Part shown: positions 1 through 9,428 of the stretch, piece after piece
Numbering within the stretch: the stretch's first letter is position 1
How the letters are laid out: each line of letters starts with the position of its first letter
Made by a program: the position numbers and the translations under genes
Notes under the pieces: model-generated
What the model saw: the letters and a program-made list of their open reading frames with translations, nothing else
Databases searched by the model: none
Told to the model about the DNA's origin: nothing
Origin: Opitutales bacterium
GTDB lineage: Bacteria; Verrucomicrobiota; Verrucomicrobiia; Opitutales; UBA2987
NCBI GenBank assembly: GCA_965226885.1
Contig: CBDDEL010000011.1
Coordinates: forward strand, 297,508 to 361,507
DNA length: 64,000 bases
Direction of reading: 5' to 3'

Positions 1-311
1 CCACCATCCGACGCCGTGACATCGAAAGCCCCGTTTGTTTCCCCGCTGACCCATAAAGCGATACTGAGGCAGGCAAAGGCATCGAAACTGACGGCTACCG
101 GGATTCCCGTGGAAGCGCGGTTGATCTGCGAAATATCGCTGCTTTGATGGAACCGGCTGAGTTTGGTTTCCAAACGGTCAAGTTCCCGAAAGGCTTCCCC
201 GGCGGCCTGGCCCGCGTAACCGGAATCGTCCACATCGATCAGGATTTCAAAGGCGGTGGCCATGGCTTCGTGGGCATACCGTTGATAAGCAGCCTTATTT
301 TGCGAAGTCAT
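1..311 (-). CDS. apbE: FAD:protein FMN transferase (ApbE family), 3' part outside window
   Basis: Not in the ORF track because it runs off the edge. Manual translation from ATG at 311 gives MTSQNKAAYQRYAHEAMATAFEILID...AFRELDRLETKLSRFHQSSDISQINR...ETNGAFDVT, with the ApbE motifs (AM[GA]T, LSxF..xSDISxIN, GAFDVT). Overlaps the stop of the upstream GT-C gene. Confidence 0.82.
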   Translation of the reverse strand, partial: MTSQNKAAYQRYAHEAMATAFEILIDVDDSGYAGQAAGEAFRELDRLETKLSRFHQSSDISQINRASTGIPVAVSFDAFACLSIALWVSGETNGAFDVTASDG

Positions 312-1854
312 GATGATCCTGCAAGTTTTCGATATAGCGGTTCCAGAGCTTCTGTTCGACGTAAATAAGAAGGATAACACCGGGCCGCAGTCCACGGTAT
401 TCGACCTGGTATTTTCGGGAAATCCTTGTTTCTAGTTTCTGCTGCAGTTTGGCCGATACAATGATGACGGAAGCATCGGGGGTTTCCGGCATATCGTTCC
501 AATAACCGACATTTTCGTAATGGCGAAGGTACCAGGGAAGCGGCCAGTATTCTTCGCTGATAACCTTTATGGTCATTTTTGGGCCGTCCGGAGAGACCTC
601 GGCCAACCCTTTTATCCTGTCCTCGATTTTCAATACATCGGTATTGGGATGAACATAAGCGTAGGGATTGCGGGCGTCGGCATAATAGCGGAAATTCGTT
701 AAATAGACACCCCGTAGCAGAAACACTAACGTTATTATAAGCAGAGTGGAAATGCCTAGACGCATGAGTGGTATTGGGCAGCGATCGAAAATAGCCTGCA
801 ATCCCGATCCGGCCAATAATGCCAGGCCCAATAATAGACTAAGGACCAGCCACGGTGTTTTGTATGGGATAAGTGAATAAATGATAAACAGGATGATGGT
901 ATAAGAGGCCAGAAACCGCCTCAGTTGTCCGGTGGGCGTCATTAACCAGTTCCTGCGAAAACCGATGAAGGCGGCGCCCAGGGCAAATATGCAAACGGTC
1001 ACTTCGCCAGACAGGATTCCGAGGCCGCCTTCGAGCCCGGTCAGCAATGCCATGTAATAGTAAAAGGGTTTCTCGTGGCCCGATTCGAGGGAGTAAACAA
1101 AGGGAGAAATGATGGCGTCTGCGATGCCGGAAAGGTTTGTCAAAAAGGATGAATAAAATGCCGCCGAAACGAGCGCCGCAGCACCCAAAGCGCTCAATCC
1201 CAGGCGGACAGCCCGGCGCGTTTTCAGGTTAACTGAGATGACGCCGTGTGCCCTGACGGTCGTTATGCAACAAAACATAAGAGCCGCTCCGATGCCGATC
1301 AGGTTGATCAGGCTCGACTCTTTGGTGGCATGCATGAGGCCTGCGAAAATACCCGTTGCGAGGGCCCAAATCATCTTAGGATTGCGGTAACAGCGCCAGC
1401 CGCAGGCCACCGCGCAGGAGGTAAAAGTTATCAATAACGGCTCCTGAATATAATACCGGCTGTAATAGACCAGGGCGGGGGAAAATGCCATCAAGGCGCC
1501 CGTCAATACCGTTCCGATCGGCCCCAGACCGTCCCGCAACCAGAACAAAGATAAAATCAAGGCGGACCCAAAGATAACGGAGACCAGTCGCACCGTTATT
1601 TCGTCGATTTGCAACAGGTTTTCCTGGCCGCGAATCCAGGCCACAGGCAAGGTAAAATAGTAAAGCGACGGTCCGTGAAAATGTTCGGGATCAAACTCGT
1701 ATCGACCCGAATCCAGAAGCTGACCGAATTTTACAGCCTGAACCGCTTCATCGGTGTGCATCGGCCTTGCGTCCAAAGAATATGTGCGGATGGCCAAAGC
1801 GAGAACGAACTCCAGCAGAAGGATGGCCAGGACGTATTTGGAGCCGGATTTCAT
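295..1854 (-). CDS. TIGR03663-like multi-TM GT-C (PMT-like) glycosyltransferase
   Basis: 519 aa, many hydrophobic segments, N-terminal RPMHTDEA and FDPxxFHGP motifs, YSRYYIQE, YKTPW, C-terminal soluble domain with YWPLPWYLR. Confidence 0.75.
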   Translation of the reverse strand: MKSGSKYVLAILLLEFVLALAIRTYSLDARPMHTDEAVQAVKFGQLLDSGRYEFDPEHFHGPSLYYFTLPVAWIRGQENLLQIDEITVRLVSVIFGSALILSLFWLRDGLGPIGTVLTGALMAFSPALVYYSRYYIQEPLLITFTSCAVACGWRCYRNPKMIWALATGIFAGLMHATKESSLINLIGIGAALMFCCITTVRAHGVISVNLKTRRAVRLGLSALGAAALVSAAFYSSFLTNLSGIADAIISPFVYSLESGHEKPFYYYMALLTGLEGGLGILSGEVTVCIFALGAAFIGFRRNWLMTPTGQLRRFLASYTIILFIIYSLIPYKTPWLVLSLLLGLALLAGSGLQAIFDRCPIPLMRLGISTLLIITLVFLLRGVYLTNFRYYADARNPYAYVHPNTDVLKIEDRIKGLAEVSPDGPKMTIKVISEEYWPLPWYLRHYENVGYWNDMPETPDASVIIVSAKLQQKLETRISRKYQVEYRGLRPGVILLIYVEQKLWNRYIENLQDHHDFAK

Positions 1855-1928
1855 TACGGTTAAACTAGATGTTTTCCGGTTGGATAGCGATTAGAAATGG
1901 TGCACACTTCAAGAAGTTAGTCGAACCA

Positions 1929-2645
1929 GTGCCAAGCTTATCCATAGTCATACCCGCTTTCAATGAAGAAGCCGCCATTGCCAGGGGAAATCTGGCGCTG
2001 GTTGCCAACTGGCTGCATGAGAATATTCAGGAATCCGAATTGATCGTGGTGAATGATGGAAGCGAAGATCAAACGGAGAAACTGGCTTCGGAAGTAGCCG
2101 AGCGGGTCGTCACCATTCCTCATTGCGGCAAGGCAGCGGCTATCATGGCGGGCATTAGAGAGGCGAAGGGAGATGTCGTTCTGTTTAGCGACATGGATTT
2201 GGATACGCCCATTACGGAAGCCTCTAAATTACTGGATGCCATCAGCGGGGGGGCTGATGTTGCCATTGGCAGCCGCGGTCAAAACCGGCCGGGCGCGCCC
2301 CTCCACCGGCGCTTTCTGAGCGGCGGGCACACTTTTTTGCGAAAATTGCTGCTGAATCTCGATTTGTCCGACACCCAGTGCGGTTTCAAGGCTTTTAAAC
2401 GCGAGGCAGCCCTTCGGATTCTGGATGAAATGCGGATTTATCGGGCCGGTTCCATGCGCTCTGGAACCGATTATAGCGTGAACAGCGGGTTCGATCTGGA
2501 GTTCCTTTTTGTCGCTCGTCGTTTGGAGTATCGGGTTGACGAGATTCCGGTGCAGTGGAAATATTCCCAAGGCGGAAGAGTCCTATTTTTTAGAGAGGCA
2601 TTGCGCGGCCTTTTTGATTTACTGAAAATTGCCAACACTTATTAA
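1929..2645 (+). CDS. GT2 polyprenol-phosphate glycosyltransferase (DPG/DPM synthase-like)
   Basis: LSIVIPAFNEE, VVNDGSED, GKAAAI, FSDMD, DTQCGFK, GFDLE motifs. GTG at 1929 is preferred over ATG at 1869. Confidence 0.85.
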   Translation: MPSLSIVIPAFNEEAAIARGNLALVANWLHENIQESELIVVNDGSEDQTEKLASEVAERVVTIPHCGKAAAIMAGIREAKGDVVLFSDMDLDTPITEASKLLDAISGGADVAIGSRGQNRPGAPLHRRFLSGGHTFLRKLLLNLDLSDTQCGFKAFKREAALRILDEMRIYRAGSMRSGTDYSVNSGFDLEFLFVARRLEYRVDEIPVQWKYSQGGRVLFFREALRGLFDLLKIANTY

Positions 2646-2785
2646 ATCCTATGAAGCACACCACTTTATGCCTAGTTTTAGTTTCGATATCCTGCGCCTT
2701 GTCTCCTGGCTTTGGCGGCGGCAAAGAAGACAAGGAGAAGGATTGGATTTCGCTTTTCAACGGAAAAGACCTGGATGGGTGGGTG

Positions 2786-3587
2786 GGTAGTGTATAAAAA
2801 AAGAATGTTATTTTGTATTTTTAGCTGTACAATTAGCGTTAGGCAGTTTATTCTTAGTGCATGGTTACTAAAATTATTAATTGTCGGCACTGTGGAAGTG
2901 AAAATATCATTAAATTTGGCAAGACGCCCAACCATAAACAGCGCTACCGCTGCCATGATTGTGGTAAACAAAGCCGCGAAAACCCCACAGTGAAATACAC
3001 CGAAGAGCAAAAAGAAATGATCCTTCGAGTCTATCAGGAACGCAGCAGTCTACGCGGTTTACAGCGCGCCTTCGGGGTGAGTCCCAACACCGTTTTGAGT
3101 TGGTTAAAAAAAACGACAATCGCTGCGACCGCTCAAAAGCACGATTCTTGCGGCCCGCCGCCATGATGTCATTGAACTGGACGAACTGTGGTCTTTTGTG
3201 GGGCGCAAGAGCGATGCCCAATGGGTTTGGATCGCTCTTTGCCGACGCACCCGTCAAATCCTCTCCTATGCCATTGGGCCTCGGGATTGGTATCGTTGCC
3301 GGGAACTTTACGAGCGTCTGCCACGGGCCTACAAAAGATGTGCCACCTACAGCGACTTTTGGAGCACTTATGATGAAGTCTTTCCTCATAACCGATCCGT
3401 GGGAAAAGAAACCGGTGAAACGGCCCATGTGGAACGATGGAACAATACCCTGCGCCAACGACTGGGTCGTTTCACACGCAAACCCCTCTCCTTTTCCAAG
3501 CTTAAGAGTATGCATGAAACCTGTCTGAGACTTTTCATTCATCAATATAATCAAGAATTAGCCACCATTCCTACTTAATACACTACC
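2786..3587 (+). mobile_element. IS1-family element, copy 1 (802 bp)
   Basis: Imperfect terminal IRs GGTAGTGTATAAAAAAAGAATG / GGTAGTGTATTAAGTAGGAATG, 9-bp TSD GGGTGGGTG, insA and insB frames. Confidence 0.93.
2861..3578 (+). CDS. IS1-family transposase InsAB (frameshift at A8, 3106-3113)
   Basis: InsA has a CxxC...CxxC zinc ribbon plus HTH. The InsB frame carries ELDELWSFVG, YSDFW and ERWNNTLRQR (DDE). Confidence 0.88.
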
Positions 3588-4142
3588 GGGTGGGTGCAGC
3601 GTAATGGCACGGCCACCTACCGGGTGGAGGATGGAGCGGTTGTCGGCAAGACCTCGGAGGGAAGCCCGAATTCGTTTTTATGCACGAAAGAAGATTACGG
3701 CGATTTCGAGTTAAAGTTTGAAGTAAAAGTCGATCATGAACTGAACTCAGGCGTCCAAATCCGCTCCGCGAGCGTGCCTGGTTTCAAGAATTTCCGGGTG
3801 CATGGGCCACAGGTGGAGATTGCGACGAACGGCACGGCCGGCTTCATTTATGGGGAAGCGCTCAATACCGGCTGGCTGAGCAAGAAAGTTAACAATGATC
3901 CGGCGCTATCCGCATTTAAAACCGGCGAGTGGAATAGCTATCGTGTGATGGCCGAGGGGCAGGTTATTAAAACCTGGATCAATGGAGTTCCCGTGGCCAA
4001 CCTAACCGATGATATTTCAAAAATGAGTCGAGGATTTATCGGGCTGCAAGTCCACAGCATCAAAAGAGGCGCCGGCCCTTACGAAGTGCGCTGGAGAAAC
4101 CTCAAAATTCGCAAGCTGTCTGCGAAGAAAAAAGACAGCTAG

Positions 4143-4811
4143 TCAGGAGGAGGCTGGCTGGCCGAAGACTTCGACCTCGATGTAGTGGTTCATGGCATCG
4201 GTTGTATTTCCGTTGCTGTAAACCCGAACATAGCGCCCCGCCAATCCATCGACTTTTATGAGACGGCCCTCGTAGGTTTCAATATAGGCTTTGTCCTGAC
4301 CGACGCCTAAACGGGCAGAATTATCGTGATCGTTATTATACACGGTATGCACTTCGGTCTCGAACTTCGGATCGTTAGAAATTTGCACGATTATATCGTG
4401 GTAAACGCGGGGTTGTCCGTGATAATGCCAGATGAGGATGGCGTAAATGGCGGCGGGATTTTGAAGATCGATTTGGATATGTTGAATTTCGGGGCCCAGC
4501 TCGACGTAATAACCTTCATCTCCCTCTTTGTCTGCATCGGTCACAAAATCAAGCTCGCCAATGACCGGCCAATCGTCGCTCGAAGTAACTGTTTTGCCCG
4601 CCCCCAGGTTGATCGTTCCCGGCGGAACCATGAAGGGAGGTCGTTTTCCTTTGCGAGGTTTTTCCAGGTTGGCGACCTTGAAGGGGGCCGGAGTGCCCGT
4701 GAAAAGTGGCTTGGGAAGTTTGGTTTGAAGGGGAACTTTTTCCTCGGCCAAAATCGTGCCAAGAGATAACGGAAAAAGGATTGACAGTAAAATAATTAGT
4801 CGGGAAGTCAT
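4143..4811 (-). CDS. Secreted discoidin/F5-8 type C-like (galactose-binding fold) protein
   Basis: Signal peptide; NL..GKTVTSS, IQIDL, GRYVRVYSNG and EVEVFG motifs typical of discoidin domains. Start placed at MTSRLIILL. Confidence 0.7.
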   Translation of the reverse strand: MTSRLIILLSILFPLSLGTILAEEKVPLQTKLPKPLFTGTPAPFKVANLEKPRKGKRPPFMVPPGTINLGAGKTVTSSDDWPVIGELDFVTDADKEGDEGYYVELGPEIQHIQIDLQNPAAIYAILIWHYHGQPRVYHDIIVQISNDPKFETEVHTVYNNDHDNSARLGVGQDKAYIETYEGRLIKVDGLAGRYVRVYSNGNTTDAMNHYIEVEVFGQPASS

Positions 4812-4824
4812 CGTTAGAGTAGGT

Positions 4825-6195
4825 TTAGACAGCAAAATCTTCCGGTTTGAAGTAGAGTTTTTTGCCCGCTTCGATTGCTTCGTTTACTTTTAGCACGGTC
4901 ACTTCGGTTTCATAGGCGAGTTCCGGCGGACAGTTGAGCGGAACGCCTTTGCGAATGGCATCGAAGAAGTTTTCCAGGTGCGGCTGGTGGATGGGTTTGT
5001 TCAGTTCGACGGGAATTTCCCAGGCGACCAAATCGGCCGTTTCACGGATGTCGACAACAGCGCTTTTTGATTTCTCCCAGGGCTTGACGTCGTCGGTTTC
5101 ACCCTTGCGGCGGATGTATTTGCGGCGTTTCCACTCCTCCCACTCGGGTGCTCGGGCCTCTCGAAATGCGCGTGTGAATTTCGGATTTTCGGACATCTTG
5201 ATGGCGCCCTCCGTGCCCATGAAATACTCGAAATACCCTCCGCCTGCGCTGGTTGTGGTAAGAACCTGGTAAAAGGCGCGCACGGTACCCTGCGTGGTGG
5301 CGTATTCGTAAATGGCCATGGCGTTGTCGTGCCAATCGCGGTTGCTATAGTAGTCGAGACCGCCGTCGGCCGTAACGGCTTTTGGGGTCGTCCCCAGGAA
5401 CCAGTTGAAGATGTCGATCTGGTGGGCGCCGAGATCGGAGATGGGGCCTCCTCCGTATTTTTTGAACCAGCGCCAGTTGCGGAATTCGCGCATATTGCCG
5501 TAGCCGTATTTTTCCAGGGTGGCCTTTTCCAAGGGGTATTTGCGCGGCCACCCGATGTCTTCACTGACACCGCGATTCCACTGGCCGTTGACATGGGTGA
5601 TGCGGCCCAGCAATTTGGCCTCCTCAAGCAGATGGTTTTTCACGTGGATGTAACGGGGATTGGAGCGGCGCTGGTGCCCGATCTGGAGAAGTTTTCCCGT
5701 CTCACGCGCCGTCCGGATCATGGAAATGGCACCCTCGTGGGAGTTGGACATCATTTTCTCGCAATAGACGTGGAGGCCGGCTTTGAGGCAGGCCGTGGTG
5801 TGTTTGGCGTGAACGAAATCGGGCGTCGCTATGAGGACGGCATCGAGATCGGTTTGGGCTGAGAGCATCTCATCGAAATCGGTGTAAACCTGGACTGTGT
5901 GGCCATATTTGCGGAGGATGCCCTGGCCGTAGCGCTGGCTGTAGGGCCAGATGTCGCAGACGGCCTGGAAACGGATATCGGGGATTTTCAGGCAGGACTC
6001 GATGAGCACTCGGCCCTGGGTGCCGAGGCCGATTATGGCGACATTGAGCTGGCCGCCGGAACGGCTCGCAGCGGTCAGGTTTGAGGGGCGCGTGAGCAGC
6101 AAACCCATGCCGGCGGCAAGGCCGGTGCGCAAGAAAGAACGGCGGTCGATGGAATCATTGGGCCAGCTGGTTTGGGATGTGTTTTTCTCTTTCAT
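4825..6195 (-). CDS. Tat-exported Gfo/Idh/MocA oxidoreductase
   Basis: DRRSFLR twin-arginine signal, IIGLGTQG, ATPDFVH, YCEKMM, GHQRRS, DLGAHQID. Confidence 0.9.
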   Translation of the reverse strand: MKEKNTSQTSWPNDSIDRRSFLRTGLAAGMGLLLTRPSNLTAASRSGGQLNVAIIGLGTQGRVLIESCLKIPDIRFQAVCDIWPYSQRYGQGILRKYGHTVQVYTDFDEMLSAQTDLDAVLIATPDFVHAKHTTACLKAGLHVYCEKMMSNSHEGAISMIRTARETGKLLQIGHQRRSNPRYIHVKNHLLEEAKLLGRITHVNGQWNRGVSEDIGWPRKYPLEKATLEKYGYGNMREFRNWRWFKKYGGGPISDLGAHQIDIFNWFLGTTPKAVTADGGLDYYSNRDWHDNAMAIYEYATTQGTVRAFYQVLTTTSAGGGYFEYFMGTEGAIKMSENPKFTRAFREARAPEWEEWKRRKYIRRKGETDDVKPWEKSKSAVVDIRETADLVAWEIPVELNKPIHQPHLENFFDAIRKGVPLNCPPELAYETEVTVLKVNEAIEAGKKLYFKPEDFAV

Positions 6196-6207
6196 AGATT
6201 TGAAAAT

Positions 6208-6654
6208 TTAATCCTTCCAGAGGGCCAGACGGCTGTGTTCGACGAGGCAAAGGGCGCCGCAAGTCAAGGCGACGTGGACGCCGAGGAATGCGATTCCTTC
6301 GTTCCCGACCACGGCCATGAGGCCGAAACTGAGAGATACGAAAAGCAGACCGCTGAGAACGAGGGAGATGCGGGGTTTGATGCCGAGCAGAAGGGTAGCG
6401 CCGACCAGAATAAGGAGGTAACCCAGGGAATGCGCAAAAAGCCGGGTCAGGTAGAGGGGTAAAAAGGAGGAACCGGTTATGCCTTCGGCCAAGCGACCCA
6501 TGTTTTCGTAATAATTTTCAAAGCTGTATTGCAAATCTCTCTCGAATTTTTCAAGCCCCGCCATGAACAAGCGCAGGCCGATGAATAGACGAAGGAGGAG
6601 GAAGGCCCAAACGGGCCCGGTCCAGCCTTGGAAAAAGGATTTTATTTTAGCCAT
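6208..6654 (-). CDS. DoxX-family membrane protein
   Basis: About 4 TM segments, LLRLFIG...MAGLEKF, LLLGIKPR. Start placed at MAKIKS. Confidence 0.75.
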   Translation of the reverse strand: MAKIKSFFQGWTGPVWAFLLLRLFIGLRLFMAGLEKFERDLQYSFENYYENMGRLAEGITGSSFLPLYLTRLFAHSLGYLLILVGATLLLGIKPRISLVLSGLLFVSLSFGLMAVVGNEGIAFLGVHVALTCGALCLVEHSRLALWKD

Positions 6655-6686
6655 TGAAGCGTTACGGGTTTCGTTTCGAGGTGGTA

Positions 6687-7730
6687 TTAAAGATTTTCCA
6701 CCCAAATATTGCGGAATTGGACCAAGTCGTGGTGGTCCTGCAACATGAGGGGGCCAGTGGGGGCTTCGTTTTCGGCCACCGGTCCGCCGGTGAAGGTAGG
6801 AAGTTCCAGGTCCTCATGGATGAGGATGCCGTTGTGGTGGACCGTGATGCGGGCGTTTTCCGTTTTTTCGCCTTTGCCGTCAAACCGCGGGGCGCGAAAA
6901 TTAATGTCATAGGTTTGCCAATGAGCGGGCGGGGCGCAGGCATTAACGCGGGGCCGGGAAACCTTGTAGATGCCGCCGCATTCATTGTCGCGGCCTTCCA
7001 GACCGAAACTGTCGAGAACCTGAACTTCGTATCGGCCATGAAGATAGACGCCGCTGTTGCCGCGTTTTTGTTCACGATGGTCCGGCATGAAGGGAGTGCG
7101 AAATTCGAGATGGAGGCGGTGGTCACCAAAGCTTTTTTTCGAAATAATGGAACCTGTATCCGGCACCACCTGCATGGCCCCGTTTTCGAGAATTTTCCAG
7201 CGGGCTTTTTTCACTTTTTTGTGGGACCATTGGCTCAAGTCGCTGCCGTCGAACAAAATTTCCGCCCTGGAAACAGGTTTCGCCCCTAGGGTGGGGGAGG
7301 AGCGGTCGTATTTTTGGAGGGAAAAGGCACCGTTTTCGAGGCCGTTAAAGCTACCGTTAAAATTTTCGGCATTTAAACTGCCTGTCCACAAGGAAGCCGC
7401 TATGAGCAGCCCGTGGGCGGTGATTTGGAGGACATCCTGGTTGCCGTGCCCGATGGTTTTTGAAAAATTAACGGATCCATCCTGAACGGCTCCGTGAAAG
7501 CTTACTTGGGCCGTGGAGCGTTCTTCCAGCGTTGCGTATAGGAGGGATTGATAATTGCCGCCTCCGAGCGCGATTATTTGCGCGTATAACGGTTCCATGC
7601 GGCCGTCCGCCAGGAGGCGCTCGCCCTGCCAGTCGCCCATGAAGGGATCGGGCGATGTTTCGGCTTCGGCATGGGCCGATGCGGCAGTTAACAGAAGAGT
7701 CAATGTGGTGATTTTAAAGAGCAAATTCAT
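6687..7730 (-). CDS. Secreted DUF1080 domain protein with N-terminal extension
   Basis: Signal peptide; LFDGSDLSQW, FGDHRLHLEF, GNSGVYL, YEVQVLDS, WQTYDI, LMLQDH, FRNIWV. ATGA-coupled to the upstream gene. Confidence 0.88.
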   Translation of the reverse strand: MNLLFKITTLTLLLTAASAHAEAETSPDPFMGDWQGERLLADGRMEPLYAQIIALGGGNYQSLLYATLEERSTAQVSFHGAVQDGSVNFSKTIGHGNQDVLQITAHGLLIAASLWTGSLNAENFNGSFNGLENGAFSLQKYDRSSPTLGAKPVSRAEILFDGSDLSQWSHKKVKKARWKILENGAMQVVPDTGSIISKKSFGDHRLHLEFRTPFMPDHREQKRGNSGVYLHGRYEVQVLDSFGLEGRDNECGGIYKVSRPRVNACAPPAHWQTYDINFRAPRFDGKGEKTENARITVHHNGILIHEDLELPTFTGGPVAENEAPTGPLMLQDHHDLVQFRNIWVENL

Positions 7731-9157
7731 ACTCCCCATCCTTTCCGGTATTCATAGGTTGAACCAATATATTGATTGGCTTCGGGAACATTCGTTATTT
7801 TCATATTGGGACCGTCCCAATCGATCTTACGGCGGGCGCGAATGGCGGCATTGCCGAGGAGAACAACCTCGGTGAAAGGGGCAGCATAATCGAAGCTGGA
7901 ACCGCATTTTGGGCCACCCTTGCAGGCTTGTATCCATTCTATACGCGGACCGCCTTTGACTCTGGGTATGGTTTTTTCCGGAAAAAGATGGCGTAGTTCC
8001 TTCATTTTCATCTCCGGAACTAGGCGGGGACTGCCGCCATAGGTGCCGGCCCTGATGGTGGCATGCTGCCCTATGATGAGTGTGCCGTTATCCTCAATTT
8101 CGTAATCGGCAGCCACTTCGGGCGGGAGCATCGGTTTGAGTCCGCCGTCAGACCAGGTGACTTTGACCGGCGGCTGATCTCCGCGGGCCGGAAATTGATA
8201 GTTGACGACAGAAGCCATGGGGGCGGTGTGATTATTGAATTGAGTTGAAATCGCCTCAACCGAAGTGGGATGACCGAGATTGAGGGACCAGTAGGCGGCG
8301 TCCATAATGTGACAACCCATGTCGCCGAGGGCGCCGCAGCCGAAGTCCCACCAGCCGCGCCATTTGAAGGGGGCGTAACCGGGATCGTAGGGGCGTTCCG
8401 GGGCCACGCCGAGCCATGCCTCCCAATCCATTGAAGAGGGGATGACAGGAATTGAACTGGAGTGATCCGGGGCATCCAGATTCTGCGGCCAGATGGGACG
8501 ATTGGTCCAATGCTGGACTTCGCGCACCGGGCCGATAACGCCAGCCTCTATCCATTCGCGGATGATGCGGGTGCCCTCCTGGGAGTGTCCCTGGTTGCCC
8601 ATCTGGGAGATGACGCCGTATTTGCGGGCGGCCAGGGTTATTTCCCGAGCCTCCCAGATAGTTCGGGTAAGGGGTTTTTCGACATAGACATGCTTGCCCA
8701 GTCTCATGGACCACATGGCGATGGGGAAGTGCATGTGATCGGGAGTGGAAATGATGACAGCATCAATCTTGCTTTCCATTTCGTCGAACATCCGCCGGAA
8801 GTCCTGATAGCGTGGAATATCGGCCTGACGGTCGAGAAGCTTTTGTATATCGGGATAAGCTTCCATTTCGTCTTCATCAATGTTGTCCAAAAGTTCATCC
8901 AGAGCATCATCGATGCGGGCAAGATCGACATCGCAAAAGGCTACGATATTTTCACCGACGACAGCTTTGAGCGCGCTTCTGCCACGGCCCCCAACACCGA
9001 CAACGGCAATGTTCAACTTGTTGTTGGGGGAGGTTGAAGCACCGGTTTGTGAATAGATACCGGAAGGAAGGATCATAAAGGAGGCTCCGGCTGCGGATAC
9101 ACCTTTTATGAATTCACGGCGACTGACAGTTTTATCCTCAAGGTTGTTTTTATTCAT
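7727..9157 (-). CDS. Tat-exported Gfo/Idh/MocA oxidoreductase
   Basis: SRREFIK Tat motif, VGVGGRG, STPDHMH, YVEKPL, QMGNQG, WRGWWDFGCGALGDMGCHIMD. Confidence 0.9.
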   Translation of the reverse strand: MNKNNLEDKTVSRREFIKGVSAAGASFMILPSGIYSQTGASTSPNNKLNIAVVGVGGRGRSALKAVVGENIVAFCDVDLARIDDALDELLDNIDEDEMEAYPDIQKLLDRQADIPRYQDFRRMFDEMESKIDAVIISTPDHMHFPIAMWSMRLGKHVYVEKPLTRTIWEAREITLAARKYGVISQMGNQGHSQEGTRIIREWIEAGVIGPVREVQHWTNRPIWPQNLDAPDHSSSIPVIPSSMDWEAWLGVAPERPYDPGYAPFKWRGWWDFGCGALGDMGCHIMDAAYWSLNLGHPTSVEAISTQFNNHTAPMASVVNYQFPARGDQPPVKVTWSDGGLKPMLPPEVAADYEIEDNGTLIIGQHATIRAGTYGGSPRLVPEMKMKELRHLFPEKTIPRVKGGPRIEWIQACKGGPKCGSSFDYAAPFTEVVLLGNAAIRARRKIDWDGPNMKITNVPEANQYIGSTYEYRKGWGV

Positions 9158-9224
9158 AATCTCGAAATGGCTGAAGTGATGGCTGGTTCCCAAGAATGAT
9201 TGATTTGGTTTCGTTTTTTTTCAA

Positions 9225-9428
9225 TTAATTTTGGTGGCAATTGCGATTGGAGTTGGCGCAATCCCTGATGGAGACGGGGAGATCGTCGGGGCCGAGTTCG
9301 ATCATGGTCTTGTTGCACCAACAATGGGGAGTTTCCGCTGGATACTCCCTTTCCACCAGAGCTCGCTCAGCCTGGGCGGGAATATACATTTTTTTGGTTC
9401 GAAGAAATCTACAGGGGGCCTCTTTCAT
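9225..9428 (-). CDS. Small Cys-rich hypothetical protein (67 aa)
   Basis: Five Cys (CRFLRTK, HCWC, GPDD...C...C). ATGA overlap with the FAD-subunit stop indicates translational coupling. Confidence 0.65.
   Translation of the reverse strand: MKEAPCRFLRTKKMYIPAQAERALVEREYPAETPHCWCNKTMIELGPDDLPVSIRDCANSNRNCHQN

Larger units (their letters stand above)
2651..4142 (+). pseudogene. Secreted DUF1080 (3-keto-glycoside hydrolase-like) protein interrupted by IS1
   Basis: The 5' part MKHTTLCLVLVSISCALS...WISLFNGKDLDGWV continues after the IS as QRNGTATYRVEDG...YGDFELKFEVK...NSGVQIRS...GFIGLQVH...VRWRNLKIR. Removing the IS and one TSD restores the frame. Confidence 0.88.

Noticed and set aside
9035-9046. 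TGAS flavinylation motif after the Tat signal of the second Gfo/Idh/MocA
   Set aside because: Lacks the upstream Asp and FMN-binding context and lies in a low-complexity linker; probably chance.
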